From NCBI GenBank assembly GCA_049512935.1, contig JBEKWR010000001.1, positions 157,791 to 221,790 on the forward strand: a stretch of DNA of 64,000 nt, read 5' to 3'. Origin of the DNA: Candidatus Bathyarchaeia archaeon. Lineage in GTDB: Archaea > Thermoproteota > Bathyarchaeia > Bathyarchaeales > Bathycorpusculaceae. The translations under genes were made by a program, and so were the position numbers. Positions 50,546 to 59,036 of the stretch are shown in pieces. How positions within the stretch are numbered: the stretch's first letter is position 1; every line of letters begins with the position of its first letter. A model generated the notes under the pieces. That model did not search any database and was not told the DNA's origin. It worked only from the letters and a program-made list of their open reading frames with translations.

Positions 50546-51748
50546 TTACGCCCAGAAGCTTTTCGAGTACTCGCCTAAAACACTCTCGTATATTCGCTTT
50601 GTTTGCTGGGCGATTTTTTCCCAATCGTATTTTTCTAAAACTTTTTTGTACGCGTTTTCTCTGAGACGTTGCCTGTAAGTATCGTCAAGCAGAACCTTGT
50701 TTATTCCCCATGCTAAGGAGTCAGGGTTGTTCGGGTAAACTTTAACTCCTGTCACGTCATGCTCGATGATTTCGGATAAGCCGCCTGTGTCAGATGCAAC
50801 GACTGGGCTTTTCGCCGCCATTGCTTCTAATGCGACGATGCCGAACGGTTCAAAAAGCGAGGGCACAACGGAAACGTCGGCGCATTTTTGGAGCTTGAGC
50901 AACGTTTTCTCATCCATAAAGCCTTCAAAGAGAACTTTATGCTCCAATCCCATGCTGCGCACGATATTGAGTAGTTGTTCTTTCATGTAGCCGCTGCCGA
51001 CAATTATAAATTTAGCGTTCACTTTTTCCAAAATTTTGGGAACCGCGTTTATTAACACGTGTATGCCTTTTTCGTAAACTAATCTGCCAACGTAGAGCAC
51101 TATTTTTTCTTCGGGCAAAGCAAACTTGCTTCGGAAATCCTTTAAGTCATCGTCAATATCGTAGTTTTTTGTGTTTACGCCGTTGGGAACCATTGCCAAC
51201 TTGTCGTTTGGAAGTCCGAAAGCCCACTTGACATGCGAAATCATGTAGTCGCTGCAGCAGATCACCTTCCATGCTTCATAAGTTAGCCACGCTTCAGTTT
51301 CATGAATCATCTTTTCGGTGTCGGTGTGTAAACCGTCTCTTCTACCTATCTCAGTTGAATGCATCGTTACCAAAAGTGGTTTCCGAAAGACATGTTTGAG
51401 ACCTATTCCCGCGTTTGCGACAAGCCAATCGTGACAATGCAGCAAATCGATTTTGTCGCCGATTTTTCTTGTTAACGCCGCGGTTTCTTTTTGCATGTTA
51501 AGGTTCATTAGGTAAACCCACGTGGCGAAGTCTGGCGCGGGGTTCTTGTACGAGTCGATGCGGTAAACTTCTACGCCTTCAATTACTTCGTGTGACGGGG
51601 CATCGGGAAAATCGCAGGTTACGACATAAACTTTTACGCCTTGTTTTGCTAAGCTTTTTGACAAGAAGTTAACGTGGGGTGAAATTCCTCCGATAACTCT
51701 TGGTGGAAACTCCCAGCTTAGCATCATAACCGTCAAGTCATCTTTCAT
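50546..51748 (-). CDS. GT4 glycosyltransferase (glycogen synthase-like)
   Basis: WEFPP..IGGI, HDW, VGRL..EKG, EPFGIVALEA. Confidence 0.93.
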   Translation of the reverse strand: MKDDLTVMMLSWEFPPRVIGGISPHVNFLSKSLAKQGVKVYVVTCDFPDAPSHEVIEGVEVYRIDSYKNPAPDFATWVYLMNLNMQKETAALTRKIGDKIDLLHCHDWLVANAGIGLKHVFRKPLLVTMHSTEIGRRDGLHTDTEKMIHETEAWLTYEAWKVICCSDYMISHVKWAFGLPNDKLAMVPNGVNTKNYDIDDDLKDFRSKFALPEEKIVLYVGRLVYEKGIHVLINAVPKILEKVNAKFIIVGSGYMKEQLLNIVRSMGLEHKVLFEGFMDEKTLLKLQKCADVSVVPSLFEPFGIVALEAMAAKSPVVASDTGGLSEIIEHDVTGVKVYPNNPDSLAWGINKVLLDDTYRQRLRENAYKKVLEKYDWEKIAQQTKRIYESVLGEYSKSFWA

Positions 51749-52371
51749 TTGCTATTCAATCCTCCGCCGACGGCGCTGTAAAGTTTGAGAATTTCTTTTA
51801 TCCATGAACTTGGTTCAGTTGAAATTACAGATATTTTTTCCTTAGGAACCTTGTAGATCCTGATGATTTCGTCACGCATCCACTCTGACTTGGCGCTGAC
51901 TTTTTGTGCCTCGTAAAATCCTAGCCACTCGATGCTTCTGATCGCCATAGTATAAGGCGTAGTTATGCCGCGGGATCGATGATCTTCTAAACTCTCAACG
52001 GAGTAAACAAACGGTATGCCAAGCCCGTTTTTCAGGGTGACGGCTGCTGGAATAAAATGCCAGTCGTAAACGTCAATCAGGTCGATTTGATTCTTGGCTT
52101 CATAGTATAGGTTGGCTGCTGCTCTTTCAACTTCTTGGTTAAGCGTTAAGACCCATGTTAAAACTCCAATGTGTGTTCGAACAGGATTTGACACTCTGAC
52201 TGTTTGTACTCCAGTTGGTTCTTTAGCTGAACCTGTTACTGAGTCGTCGTAGGTTACGACGTTGACTTCAACGTGGTTGCTGGCGAGCTGGTCGGACAAT
52301 GCTTTTACGTATTCTGAGAGTTTACCTATAACCCTTGGCGGATACTCCCATGTAAAAATAATTATGCGCAT
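51745..52371 (-). CDS. GT4 N-terminal-domain-only protein
   Basis: WEYPP..IG, YDW; lacks C-terminal EPFG domain. Confidence 0.8.
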   Translation of the reverse strand: MRIIIFTWEYPPRVIGKLSEYVKALSDQLASNHVEVNVVTYDDSVTGSAKEPTGVQTVRVSNPVRTHIGVLTWVLTLNQEVERAAANLYYEAKNQIDLIDVYDWHFIPAAVTLKNGLGIPFVYSVESLEDHRSRGITTPYTMAIRSIEWLGFYEAQKVSAKSEWMRDEIIRIYKVPKEKISVISTEPSSWIKEILKLYSAVGGGLNSK

Positions 52372-52378
52372 GTTTCCA

Positions 52379-52630
52379 CTACGTGAAAAGCGAGCAGACC
52401 TTAATTATTCCTCTTCCGGTTAGATAGTAACGTTTCTTTCCCTCGTTATCAACGAAACTTTCGGCAAAGCCTTCGGATTTGTATTGGTCTAAGATGCTTT
52501 CGATTTCGTTGGGGTCTTTCTGGAGAAGCCGCGCTACATCCTCGCCTCTTCTCGCCAAGTCAGCTGCTGTCGCGCATAGGTTATGAAGCGTTTGCAAAAC
52601 CTTGTCTGGAAATGGAAGTTCGTCTCTCAT
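52379..52630 (-). CDS. Small winged-helix protein
   Basis: KKRYYLT..G wing motif; in operon. Confidence 0.7.
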   Translation of the reverse strand: MRDELPFPDKVLQTLHNLCATAADLARRGEDVARLLQKDPNEIESILDQYKSEGFAESFVDNEGKKRYYLTGRGIIKVCSLFT

Positions 52631-52691
52631 TGATAATGCACCCTACCGAGTTAACTATATAGGGTGACATGCCTTATAAACGCGTTAGTTC

Positions 52692-54239
52692 CTAGAAAAG
52701 CTTGGTTGCATCCTGCGTTTGCTTGTTTAGGGTTGCGTAACGTTTTTTTGCAGAATCCAGAATTGTTTCTCTTAGCCTTTCACCGTTTTCTTTTGAACAC
52801 TTAATCTTCTTGAACTGTGAGGCCAACTTTTGGTCTTTAAGAGAGTTTTGTATCCAGCTTTCGAAATCTCCGTTTTCCATGTGGAACTCGATGGCTTTTG
52901 CGTCGACTTCGGTAAGTGCTTTGATGAATCCTTTGAGGCTCCATGCCATGATGCCTGTGTAATGTTCTTTTCCTGCTGCCGTGTAGAATAAGAAGGGTTC
53001 GTTTGCGGTGAAGATGGATAGTCTTAGTCTTGCTTCGAAATCGTTTAGTGCGGTTTGCGCTACCACGAAGGCGTCCATGGGTGATTCGTAGGGGCTGAAG
53101 TATGAGTGTACTTCGCCTGGTCCTCCGCCTGCCGTGAACATGTAGTACAGGTGGTCGCTTGTTTGGAAGTCACGCCACAGTCTTAGCAGTTCAGGGTCCT
53201 GGGCTTCTTTTATGAGTGGTTCCAGTCGGCGCAGTTCCGTGTAGTACGCCCATTGCATCACGTTGCCGAGCCAGCCTGTCTGGTCTCTTTGCACGTCTGC
53301 CCATGAAACGGTGCCTTGCGCTTCAGGCACATCAATTTCGCCCGCCGCGCTGTATTTGTTGACGACTTCGGAGGGGGTTGCCATGTGCAAGTTGCCGATT
53401 CTCAGTATTTCGTCTGGGAGGTGCTGTAGGAAGCTGTGGATTCCTGTTTCAGGCCAATGGTGCTCGCCGAAGGTTTCGTAGTCTGGGAAAATGTTGATGC
53501 ATTGCCCCGGCGTCCCGGCTAGCCAGCCTGCGTATTTGTCGGCTGTTAAGGGCCACTCGGGCCACCATCTTGCTGAAAAGCGGAAGCCGATGTCGTCTGT
53601 CAGTTTGTAGTTGCGGAGTAGTACGCGGATTTTCTTTGCTCCTTTTGGAGTGTAGACGTAGTTTGGTGATTTTTCTCCTAGGATTCTCTCGGCGCCTTCA
53701 GTGTATATGCCTGCGAAGCCCATCGATTCGACTGTTTTGGCGATGGTGTTGTTGTAGAGGAGTTCGGTGTTCTCGAAAACCTTGGTTGTGTAGCCGAGCA
53801 GGTCTTTTACGGTTTGCCTGTGCATGTTAGCCTGTTCAATGAACTCTTCTTTGTCGGGGTAGAGGCTGGCGATTGAGTGGTAGTATGTTTGGTTTAGGAG
53901 TTCGACTCGTTCGGTGGCGGCGAGTTGCTTGAAGGTTTCGAGGAGGTCTTTGTCGAATGTTTCGCATTGTTCAAGGAAGACGCCTGAGATGCTGAAGGAG
54001 ACTTTGACTTGTTTGCGGTCGTGTTTGTGGTTGTCTATTGCGTCGAGCAGGATCTGGTTTGATGGGTAGTAGCATTTGCGTGCGGCGCGTTTGAAGATTT
54101 CTCGGTCGCTCTCATTGTCAAAGTAATAGTTAAACAGTTCCTGTTTATCCAGGCGCCTAAAGAAGTTGCCTTCCCAAAACAGCTTCCGCCTCAGCCTGTG
54201 CGGCTGGTGAACTTCAAACGTGAACACGACGTCCGTCAT
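52692..54239 (-). CDS. GH57 alpha-amylase-like protein with C-terminal DUF5752-like domain
   Basis: FEVHQP, ENTEL, DYETFGEH, QTSDH. Confidence 0.93.
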   Translation of the reverse strand: MTDVVFTFEVHQPHRLRRKLFWEGNFFRRLDKQELFNYYFDNESDREIFKRAARKCYYPSNQILLDAIDNHKHDRKQVKVSFSISGVFLEQCETFDKDLLETFKQLAATERVELLNQTYYHSIASLYPDKEEFIEQANMHRQTVKDLLGYTTKVFENTELLYNNTIAKTVESMGFAGIYTEGAERILGEKSPNYVYTPKGAKKIRVLLRNYKLTDDIGFRFSARWWPEWPLTADKYAGWLAGTPGQCINIFPDYETFGEHHWPETGIHSFLQHLPDEILRIGNLHMATPSEVVNKYSAAGEIDVPEAQGTVSWADVQRDQTGWLGNVMQWAYYTELRRLEPLIKEAQDPELLRLWRDFQTSDHLYYMFTAGGGPGEVHSYFSPYESPMDAFVVAQTALNDFEARLRLSIFTANEPFLFYTAAGKEHYTGIMAWSLKGFIKALTEVDAKAIEFHMENGDFESWIQNSLKDQKLASQFKKIKCSKENGERLRETILDSAKKRYATLNKQTQDATKLF

Positions 54240-54315
54240 AACTCTTCGTCCCAAACAAAGGTATGTTTATGCCCTTTTATTTCTAATTTGCCTTTCCCTC
54301 TCTGCTAAGTTTCAT

Positions 54316-54410
54316 TTTTGTGATGGAATTTGACCACAAATACTAGACCCCTCCCCGTCTCTGTGAACCCATATTTACAATGGAATTTTGATGTAAATAG
54401 TAGACCCCCT
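54316..54410 (-). repeat. Two hairpin repeat units, array B (inverted copy of about 90 bp of array A)
   Basis: Reverse complement reads TATTTACA-TCAAAATTCCAT-TGTAAATATGGGTTCAC...GGGGTCTAGTATTTGTG-GTCAAATTCCAT-CACAAA, near-identical to 44650-44739. Confidence 0.88.
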
Positions 54411-54543
54411 CCCCCCTTCCTGTCGGGTAGGTCAGGGCTTGTTTCATGTTGGTTTCTTGGTTTAGAGCCTAAATCAAGCTCAAAAGATTTCATTTTTCCG
54501 TGAAGAAAACAGAGAACTAGCCGAAAAAACAGGTATAAATCCA

Positions 54544-54633
54544 TTGATACCTGAATCCAGATGCCCATACTGCAAAGCCACATACGATGAAATTCTAGAC
54601 AGGTGCCCGCACTGCGGTGTGCCGAGAAAGTAA
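54544..54633 (+). CDS. CPxCG-type zinc-finger microprotein (29 aa) or gene remnant
   Basis: MIPESRCPYCKATYDEILDRCPHCGVPRK from TTG. Confidence 0.45.
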   Translation: MIPESRCPYCKATYDEILDRCPHCGVPRK

Positions 54634-54938
54634 ATCGTTGGAAGAAGGGAAAGTTCAGACTATTTTTTCCCAGCGGTTGAAGAGCTCTAGCACATCGCCT
54701 CCACTGTAGCCTTCAAGCTGTTTTCGCCATCCTTGTCAGCGACTGCACCAAGATAGGTCCAACGGGATAAAGGGTTGATGCGAATGTGCGTTTTTTCGGG
54801 CAGAGGGATTAACAAGTGTTATCTTTGTTTGCTTCAAGTGTTCACAGAATAGTGCAAAGAAGGCTCTTTGCTAAATATATTAAGCATTTGCTTGATAAAC
54901 TTAACATTTAAATATTTGGAATAACACATAATGTTGCC

Positions 54939-55277
54939 ATGAGCGAAACCTTGGGAAGCTATCTACGTCAGCAACGGAAAACAAAACATCTGACTCTCAG
55001 AGATGCCGAGGAAAAAACTGGAGTCTCAAATGCCTACCTAAGTCAGCTTGAAAATGATAAAATAAGTGCACCGTCCCCGACCATTCTCCACAAGCTTGCG
55101 GAGTGCTTTGGGATTTCATATGATCAACTTATGAAATTGACCGGGTACCCAACAACGGAGCAAACAAAAGGGCCATCTTACCGGTCGGCAAGCGAATTTG
55201 AGAATCTAACGCTTGAAGAAAAAGAGAAGGTCAGGGAATACATCGAATTTCTCAAGTCAAGAAGGATTCAGCAATGA
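54939..55277 (+). CDS. XRE-family HTH repressor
   Basis: LG.YLRQ.R...LTLRD.E..TGVSNAYLSQLEN.K...PS. Confidence 0.92.
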   Translation: MSETLGSYLRQQRKTKHLTLRDAEEKTGVSNAYLSQLENDKISAPSPTILHKLAECFGISYDQLMKLTGYPTTEQTKGPSYRSASEFENLTLEEKEKVREYIEFLKSRRIQQ

Positions 55278-56245
55278 AGTGGTCCATCACCAAATCCAAG
55301 ACCTTTTCACATTGCCAGAGAAAGTGGTACTATTCTGAGGTTGTTGCAAGTCCAACTTCTAAGGACCCAATAAGGAGAGAAGCCTATCTGCTTAAGCAGT
55401 GCAAAAGTCTCCAAGCTTGGAGGGGAACTGTAGTGGATCAAGTGATTGAGAAATTTATTGTCCCTCAAATTAAGGTAAAGAGAGTACCTTCGGAAGCTGA
55501 AGTGATAAATTTCTGCAACACTCTTATGGATAGACAGCTAGCCTTCGGGAAAGAAGCAGCACACAGAAAACTGGGTATTTCAAAGTCAAAATCACCTGAA
55601 ACATATTGTGCATTTTACGATGTGGAATATGGGGGCTCTTTGGAAGAAAACAAGATAGAGGAAGCCAAACGAGAAGCTACTGATGCTTTGTTAAATCTTC
55701 TCCGCGATGAACTCCTGAACGATATAATAAGACAAAATTGCTATATAGTTGCACAACGCCCACTTTTTTTCAAATTGAACTACTTTTCTGTGTCGTGCAC
55801 TCCTGATTTGATAGTCTTCAACGATGAGGCACCGCAGATTATTGATTGGAAGGTTCACTCTTTTGGAAACGCCGATTCTTGGCTCCAACTTGGTGTTTAT
55901 GCTGTAGCCTTGACAAATGTAAAACCGCACAACGATTTCCCCGTAACTTTACAGAAAACAAAAAAAGCCTCAGATATCAGACTTCTTGAATTTCAACTTT
56001 TAAAGAACAAAAAACGCGAGCACTTTGTTTCGGAAGAGGATGAAGCTGACATATATGACTATATTTTCAAATCTTGTTTAGACATTGAAAAAATTGCTGG
56101 AGCTGGTAGCTATGAGGCACTCGACATAAACCAGTTTCAAACCGCCCGCTCTCCGAGGTTTTGCCAAAACTGCCCATTCAAGAAGCTTTGTTGGAGTCAG
56201 ACAAAGTCGCCGAGACTTCAACAGCTACTATTTGGGGATGAATAA
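55274..56245 (+). CDS. Cas4/RecB-like PD-(D/E)XK nuclease with Fe-S staple cysteines
   Basis: N-terminal C14 (HCQRKWYY), TPDL...IIDWK...QLGVYA, C-terminal CQNCPFKKLC. Confidence 0.88.
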   Translation: MKWSITKSKTFSHCQRKWYYSEVVASPTSKDPIRREAYLLKQCKSLQAWRGTVVDQVIEKFIVPQIKVKRVPSEAEVINFCNTLMDRQLAFGKEAAHRKLGISKSKSPETYCAFYDVEYGGSLEENKIEEAKREATDALLNLLRDELLNDIIRQNCYIVAQRPLFFKLNYFSVSCTPDLIVFNDEAPQIIDWKVHSFGNADSWLQLGVYAVALTNVKPHNDFPVTLQKTKKASDIRLLEFQLLKNKKREHFVSEEDEADIYDYIFKSCLDIEKIAGAGSYEALDINQFQTARSPRFCQNCPFKKLCWSQTKSPRLQQLLFGDE

Positions 56246-56247
56246 TC

Positions 56248-58632
56248 ATGAATTGTCTTGAGACAAGCGTGTATTTAATAGAGAATCCCGAACAACTTTC
56301 ATGCAAATACAAGCTCTATCAGGTCAAAGGGTTGCCTGTTGATTCTGAAGATTACGACAAAAACATCCAATTCCTCGTTTCTCACTTGACTAAAACAACG
56401 AATTCTCCTTGTGTCTCTTACAAGACTGCGGACGGAACATTCATTGCACAATTAGATGATTTCCCAGACCTGCCTGAATCAATCGATGTAGTAAGAACTA
56501 ATGTCAAATTGGTAAGAATACCTGGATTGAATGAACTCCACTTCAGTTCATCTGACACGACAATGATTTTCTTGGCACAGAGATTCCTACAAGGAATAAT
56601 TCAGACGAAACTCTATAACAACTCGGCGTTATGGCAGCCAGGGGCAGGTAATACTTTCTATAACAAATCACCCGATCAGGAATTCCGGCAATTGTCCCAT
56701 GAGGTCGACTTGTTTCGTGGCTTTACTTTTGGAGTTGTTGTTTTGCCGAATAACAGAATCGGAATTAGTGTGGATGTCAAGTCCAAGTATGTTTCAAGAA
56801 CTGTACTTCCAACGAGAATAGATCGGAAAGATTTCAAGGAAAGGTACCAAGGAATGCACTGTATTTATGAGTACGGAAACCGCTGGTACGAAATAAAAAT
56901 CAGCGGTCTAAATGATCTCAATTCTGACCAGTTGACCATTCCGCCTGATGACATATCTCTCTTTGATGAAGTGCACAGGAAAGCCAGCGACTTTAAGTCA
57001 CAAAATCTTCTTTCTCTTCCAAGAAACTGTTCCGTTTTAATTTATTACACAAGTTCTGGCGATCCTAGAAACGTGCCTTCTGGTCTTTGTAGGCAAGTTT
57101 TCAGTACTGATTATTCAGAGGTCAGCCAATTTCATTCTCTGACAATAAAAAATCCACCTGTTCGAAGAAAAGAGATACAGTTTGTAATAGATAGAAACTT
57201 CAGGGACTTTATGTTTGGGATCAACCGAATAGAGTTAGCGCAGAAGCCTTTGATCATCGACGAAAAGAAGTTGCCTATTCCTGACCTTATTTTTGGAAAA
57301 AATAAGGTTCTTTCGACTAAAAATACCCCAAATGCAATTTGCTGCTCAGTTGAAGAATTTCCACTAAAGAAAAAAGAACTTTTCTATTCGAATGACGCCG
57401 GAATTTTAACAAAGAAAAAACTCGAAAGACAATACTTCATATTACCAAAATCTATCGCCAACTCCTTCGGACGAAAATTCGAGGAAGACATTAAAAGAGA
57501 ATTCCAAAGGCTTTATCCCTATTTAGAAGGAATCTATTATTTGCCAACTACAATTGTATATGAGGATTCTGTCCAAAAGTCTGTTTATGCGCTTGCTAGT
57601 GCAATCATAAAAGCAGTCGAAGAAAATGATGCCAAAAACGGGTTTGGCGTAGTAATGATTCCAGATGTAAGATCAAAACGAATGAAAAAGGAAGATGAAC
57701 TGGCAAACATAGTGATGCGCCTTTTAAAGGAAAGGGAACTTTACGTTTCGATAATTCATAGCAGGGTTTCAACCGAGAGCTATGAGTATGGAACTACAGA
57801 TAATGGGAGAGAAGACTGGAGGTTAGTCTTTGACAGAAGACAGCAGGGAAAGTACAGGGGATATATAAAAAATGTAGTCCTTAACAAAGTGTTAATATTA
57901 AATTCGCTTTGGCCTTTTGCGCTCAATACTCCCCTGAATGCGGACTTAACCATAGGGATAGATGTCAAGAATGACATGGCCGGGTTTGTGGTTGTCCATA
58001 AGAATGGTGCGGATATTGCATTCTATTCCAGCACATCGACACAAAAAGAACGGCTTGAAAAGAAACATGTCTGCTCAAAATTATTTGAAATTATTTCAAA
58101 TGAGCAGAAACTTTTGCCATCCGCTATAAAAAATATTGTGATTCAAAGACAAGGGCGGCTTTTCTCTTGCGAAAAAGCGGGAATTGAACAAGCGATAACT
58201 AGACTTAAGGGTTCAAACGTAATTCCACAAGAAAGCATGTGCACATCTATCGAAATTAAGACCACTTCCAGGGTTCCCTTCAGGATGTTTAAGGTGGAAC
58301 CCATGACAGGAGAACAAAAAGAAAACGTCGAAAACCCAATGATTGGAACGTACTTTATGCTCTCTGATAGCGAAGCATTCCTTGCGACAACGGGAACACC
58401 TTATTCTCATTTTGGGACAGCTAAGCCATTGCATGTTATAAAAATAGAGGGAACAATGCCTTTAACTAAACTGTTGGAAGACGTGTTTTACCTTGCAAAT
58501 CTGACTTGGACAAAAATTGATGATTGCTCTCGATTGCCGCTCACGATTAAAATGAACGACATAAGATTGAGAGAGTTTGCTGGAGAATATGACCAAGACG
58601 CTCTAAGATTTGGCTTGGACGAGGAGGAATAG
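56248..58632 (+). CDS. ago: Long prokaryotic Argonaute (N-L1-PAZ-L2-MID-PIWI), probably catalytically inactive
   Basis: 794 aa; L1 motif (FRGF...IGISVDVK); PIWI motifs IGIDV (D572), KE (E601), IVIQRQG (Q635 in place of D), GTAKPL, DVFYLANL.W, SRLPLTIK.ND (D771). Confidence 0.88.
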   Translation: MNCLETSVYLIENPEQLSCKYKLYQVKGLPVDSEDYDKNIQFLVSHLTKTTNSPCVSYKTADGTFIAQLDDFPDLPESIDVVRTNVKLVRIPGLNELHFSSSDTTMIFLAQRFLQGIIQTKLYNNSALWQPGAGNTFYNKSPDQEFRQLSHEVDLFRGFTFGVVVLPNNRIGISVDVKSKYVSRTVLPTRIDRKDFKERYQGMHCIYEYGNRWYEIKISGLNDLNSDQLTIPPDDISLFDEVHRKASDFKSQNLLSLPRNCSVLIYYTSSGDPRNVPSGLCRQVFSTDYSEVSQFHSLTIKNPPVRRKEIQFVIDRNFRDFMFGINRIELAQKPLIIDEKKLPIPDLIFGKNKVLSTKNTPNAICCSVEEFPLKKKELFYSNDAGILTKKKLERQYFILPKSIANSFGRKFEEDIKREFQRLYPYLEGIYYLPTTIVYEDSVQKSVYALASAIIKAVEENDAKNGFGVVMIPDVRSKRMKKEDELANIVMRLLKERELYVSIIHSRVSTESYEYGTTDNGREDWRLVFDRRQQGKYRGYIKNVVLNKVLILNSLWPFALNTPLNADLTIGIDVKNDMAGFVVVHKNGADIAFYSSTSTQKERLEKKHVCSKLFEIISNEQKLLPSAIKNIVIQRQGRLFSCEKAGIEQAITRLKGSNVIPQESMCTSIEIKTTSRVPFRMFKVEPMTGEQKENVENPMIGTYFMLSDSEAFLATTGTPYSHFGTAKPLHVIKIEGTMPLTKLLEDVFYLANLTWTKIDDCSRLPLTIKMNDIRLREFAGEYDQDALRFGLDEEE

Positions 58633-58634
58633 TA

Positions 58635-59036
58635 ATGGGAGATTTGGGTAACTACGCATGGAAATTCAATGCAAATAGTCAATCCCTGAAAGATTTTGAC
58701 GCAGTTCTGAGAGCTATAAGGGAAAAAAAGATTTTCGACTCCAAGGAAGATAATTCCGTAAAGAAACTCTTGAAAGTTGTCGTCCCAATTTCTGAGTCGA
58801 TCAAGGGAAATCTGACCGAATCAATAGTCATAAACGAACGAAATATAGTGGATATTATGAAGTCTAAGCATAGTGGAGAATGGCCGCAGTATCGAGAAAG
58901 ACTTTTGAATTTGGAATCGAAGCTGAAGATGGAAAGAGTGGTATTTTCTCAAAATGATTTGCAATTGCTAAATGACATCGCTGATGCCCTTGATGCTGAA
59001 TGTGCCAATTTGTTTAAGAGGATGAACGAAAGATAA
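58635..59036 (+). CDS. Small alpha-helical hypothetical protein in pAgo operon
   Basis: 133 aa; 2 bp after pAgo stop; TAATG overlap with next gene. Confidence 0.8.
   Translation: MGDLGNYAWKFNANSQSLKDFDAVLRAIREKKIFDSKEDNSVKKLLKVVVPISESIKGNLTESIVINERNIVDIMKSKHSGEWPQYRERLLNLESKLKMERVVFSQNDLQLLNDIADALDAECANLFKRMNER

Noticed and set aside
44644-54410. Hairpin repeats as archaeal ORB origin elements
   Set aside because: G-strings and TTCCA are reminiscent, but there is no TCCA-N-TGGAAA ORB palindrome and no cdc6/orc1 in the window
54305-54583. 92-aa ORF, and 44710-45024, sharing a FHHK/FDHK peptide
   Set aside because: Similarity comes from the non-coding hairpin repeat; no coding evidence
55274-56245. 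CRISPR adaptation cas4
   Set aside because: No adjacent cas1/cas2 or array; longer than typical Cas4 and coupled to pAgo
56248-58632. pPIWI-RE or short pAgo assignment
   Set aside because: 794 aa with an N/L1/PAZ-sized N-terminal half; no DinG helicase, APAZ, Sir2 or TIR partner nearby
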